The position numbers and the translations under genes were made by a program. Positions 49,406-50,810 of a stretch of 50,810 bases of DNA are shown piece by piece. The stretch covers positions 580,406 to 631,215 of the forward strand of contig JAAOMT010000672.1 of assembly GCA_016748015.1 (NCBI GenBank), in the 5' to 3' direction. Position 1 is the stretch's first letter, and each line of letters starts with the position of its first letter. The DNA is from Geosiphon pyriformis uo1. Its lineage: Eukaryota > Fungi > Glomeromycota. The notes beneath the pieces were generated by a model. The model was not told where the DNA came from. It saw only the letters and a list, made by a program, of their open reading frames with translations, and ran no database searches.

Positions 49406-50810
49406 TCATCATCTTCAAAGAGATTGAGCTCTGGCGAAATTAAGCTATTTATGATGTAATCTATTGGAAAGGTTTTATCTAACTCAAAGCTAATTAGTTT
49501 GTTGAAGTTTTTTGTGGATAAAATATATAACACTTAAAACAAAATGAGTTTTGTATCCAAGAGACCAAATATTTGTATTAGAGTTTTGGCTTTTTTAGCA
49601 ATAGTTAAAACTCTTGAAATATATAACTGTATAATGCCCAAAATTTCTGCCTGTATCTCTGAAGTTGTTTTTTTTATGAGTTTTATATCCTTTATGATTT
49701 CACCAAGATGATCATAAAGTTCTAATTGCCTTTCATATGACAAGTTTTTGTCTATGGGTAAGATTTCTTGTAGTGTTTTTCCAATTGTGTTGGAAGGTAG
49801 AAATATAACTGCTGTTATACTTTTTAACAGATATTTATCCATTTTACTACCAATTCTTTCTCTTCTGGTAGTAGTTTTCTTTGGTCTAATAACAGTATAT
49901 ATTCTACTGTTATCAATTATAGTGGTTTGTTTTCCAATGGTCAGAGTAGCATTTGGATAGTTTTTGATCCAATACTTATAAAGAGTATAGAAAGTATTTT
50001 GAATGTTTTGATCCAGAAAATAATTGTTTATATTGATTGAAAATACCTCTGTTTTAAGAATGGTGTATTTATTTATACTTAATTTTTGCTGATCATTTGA
50101 GTCGATATTACCACAACAGGCAGCCAATTAGGTCGTTTATGATATTTCTTGAATTGTGTACCATGAACAGAATGATCATTGAAGATTGTTCCAGATTGAT
50201 CCTGAAGAATATAAGAATTATTGTTCAAAACTTTGTTAACTATAAAAGATTTTTTTCACTGGCTAGAAAATTTATCACCATAAACATTGTCTTTATCTGA
50301 ATAGTATTTTAGTACCAAGTTATCAACACTTAAAGAAAGTGTTTTATAGATTTTCTTTTTTTTAAGCTTTTCTTAGAACTGTTTTATCTTTTTAAAAGCA
50401 ATTATTCATGCTTCTACCAAGGAATTAAGAATGGTACCAAGTCTTCTTTGCAAAATGTTTTTGTAATTCTCTATTGTGATTTCTTCAAAGGATATTGTTT
50501 TAATGTCAGTTTCTATTGGTAGCATTGCCATGCTTCCATAGAGCAGATAAAAAGATTCATAACTTGTTATGTTATGATTCACAATTCTAAAAGCAAACAA
50601 AGCTGAAGGCAGTACTTTGTCTCATAAGTTTGTTTCTTTACTGGTTTTGGCTAAGGTTTCACATAGTGTTCTATTGAAACGTTCCACTAGGCTATTTGTT
50701 TAGGGGTGATAAGGGGAGAAAAGTTTATAACATATTTCCATTTTTCTACAAAGTTCTTCAACCAGTATACTGAAAAAAGCTCTTTCTTTATCAGATAAAA
50801 GTTTTTTGGA
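48656..50810 (-). mobile_element. Gypsy family C element, 3' end: integrase (50079-50810), ORF3 (about 49400-50020), PPT and 3' LTR
   Basis: Minus-strand KLLSDKE, SPYHP*TNSLVERFNRTLCE, HGTQFKKY, WLPVVVIS. The second ORF overlaps 49534-50127. The element runs off the window end. Confidence 0.88.

Overview
AT-rich eukaryotic DNA, most likely from a Glomeromycotina fungus. The Gypsy and LINE proteins resemble Geosiphon-type repeats, but this is from memory and unverified. About 90% of the window is a nest of decayed transposons. Three related Ty3/Gypsy families (A, B, C) share TGTTAC...GTAACA LTR ends and 4-bp target-site duplications (TSDs) and are inserted into one another. B1 (8119-17977) is complete and sits inside A1 (918-23732), which sits inside A0, which sits inside an older A copy. 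These elements have an unusual layout: gag-protease-[Cys-rich domain]-dUTPase-RT-RNaseH, then a stop, then integrase as a separate ATG-initiated ORF, then a third conserved ORF of unknown function. A 4.26-kb pogo/Tigger DNA transposon carrying captured gene fragments, including an eroded TilS-type PP-loop motif, interrupts an LTR. A 5'-truncated RNase-H-bearing LINE and an ORF1-only retroelement share the same 3' tail. Repeats show heavy C>T/G>A mutation that is mostly outside CpG (RIP-like). One CpG-retaining island (about 44.8-48.1 kb) holds the only intact gene: a spliced coiled-coil + P-loop NTPase + PD-(D/E)xK nuclease-like protein (Crinkler/CR-type).
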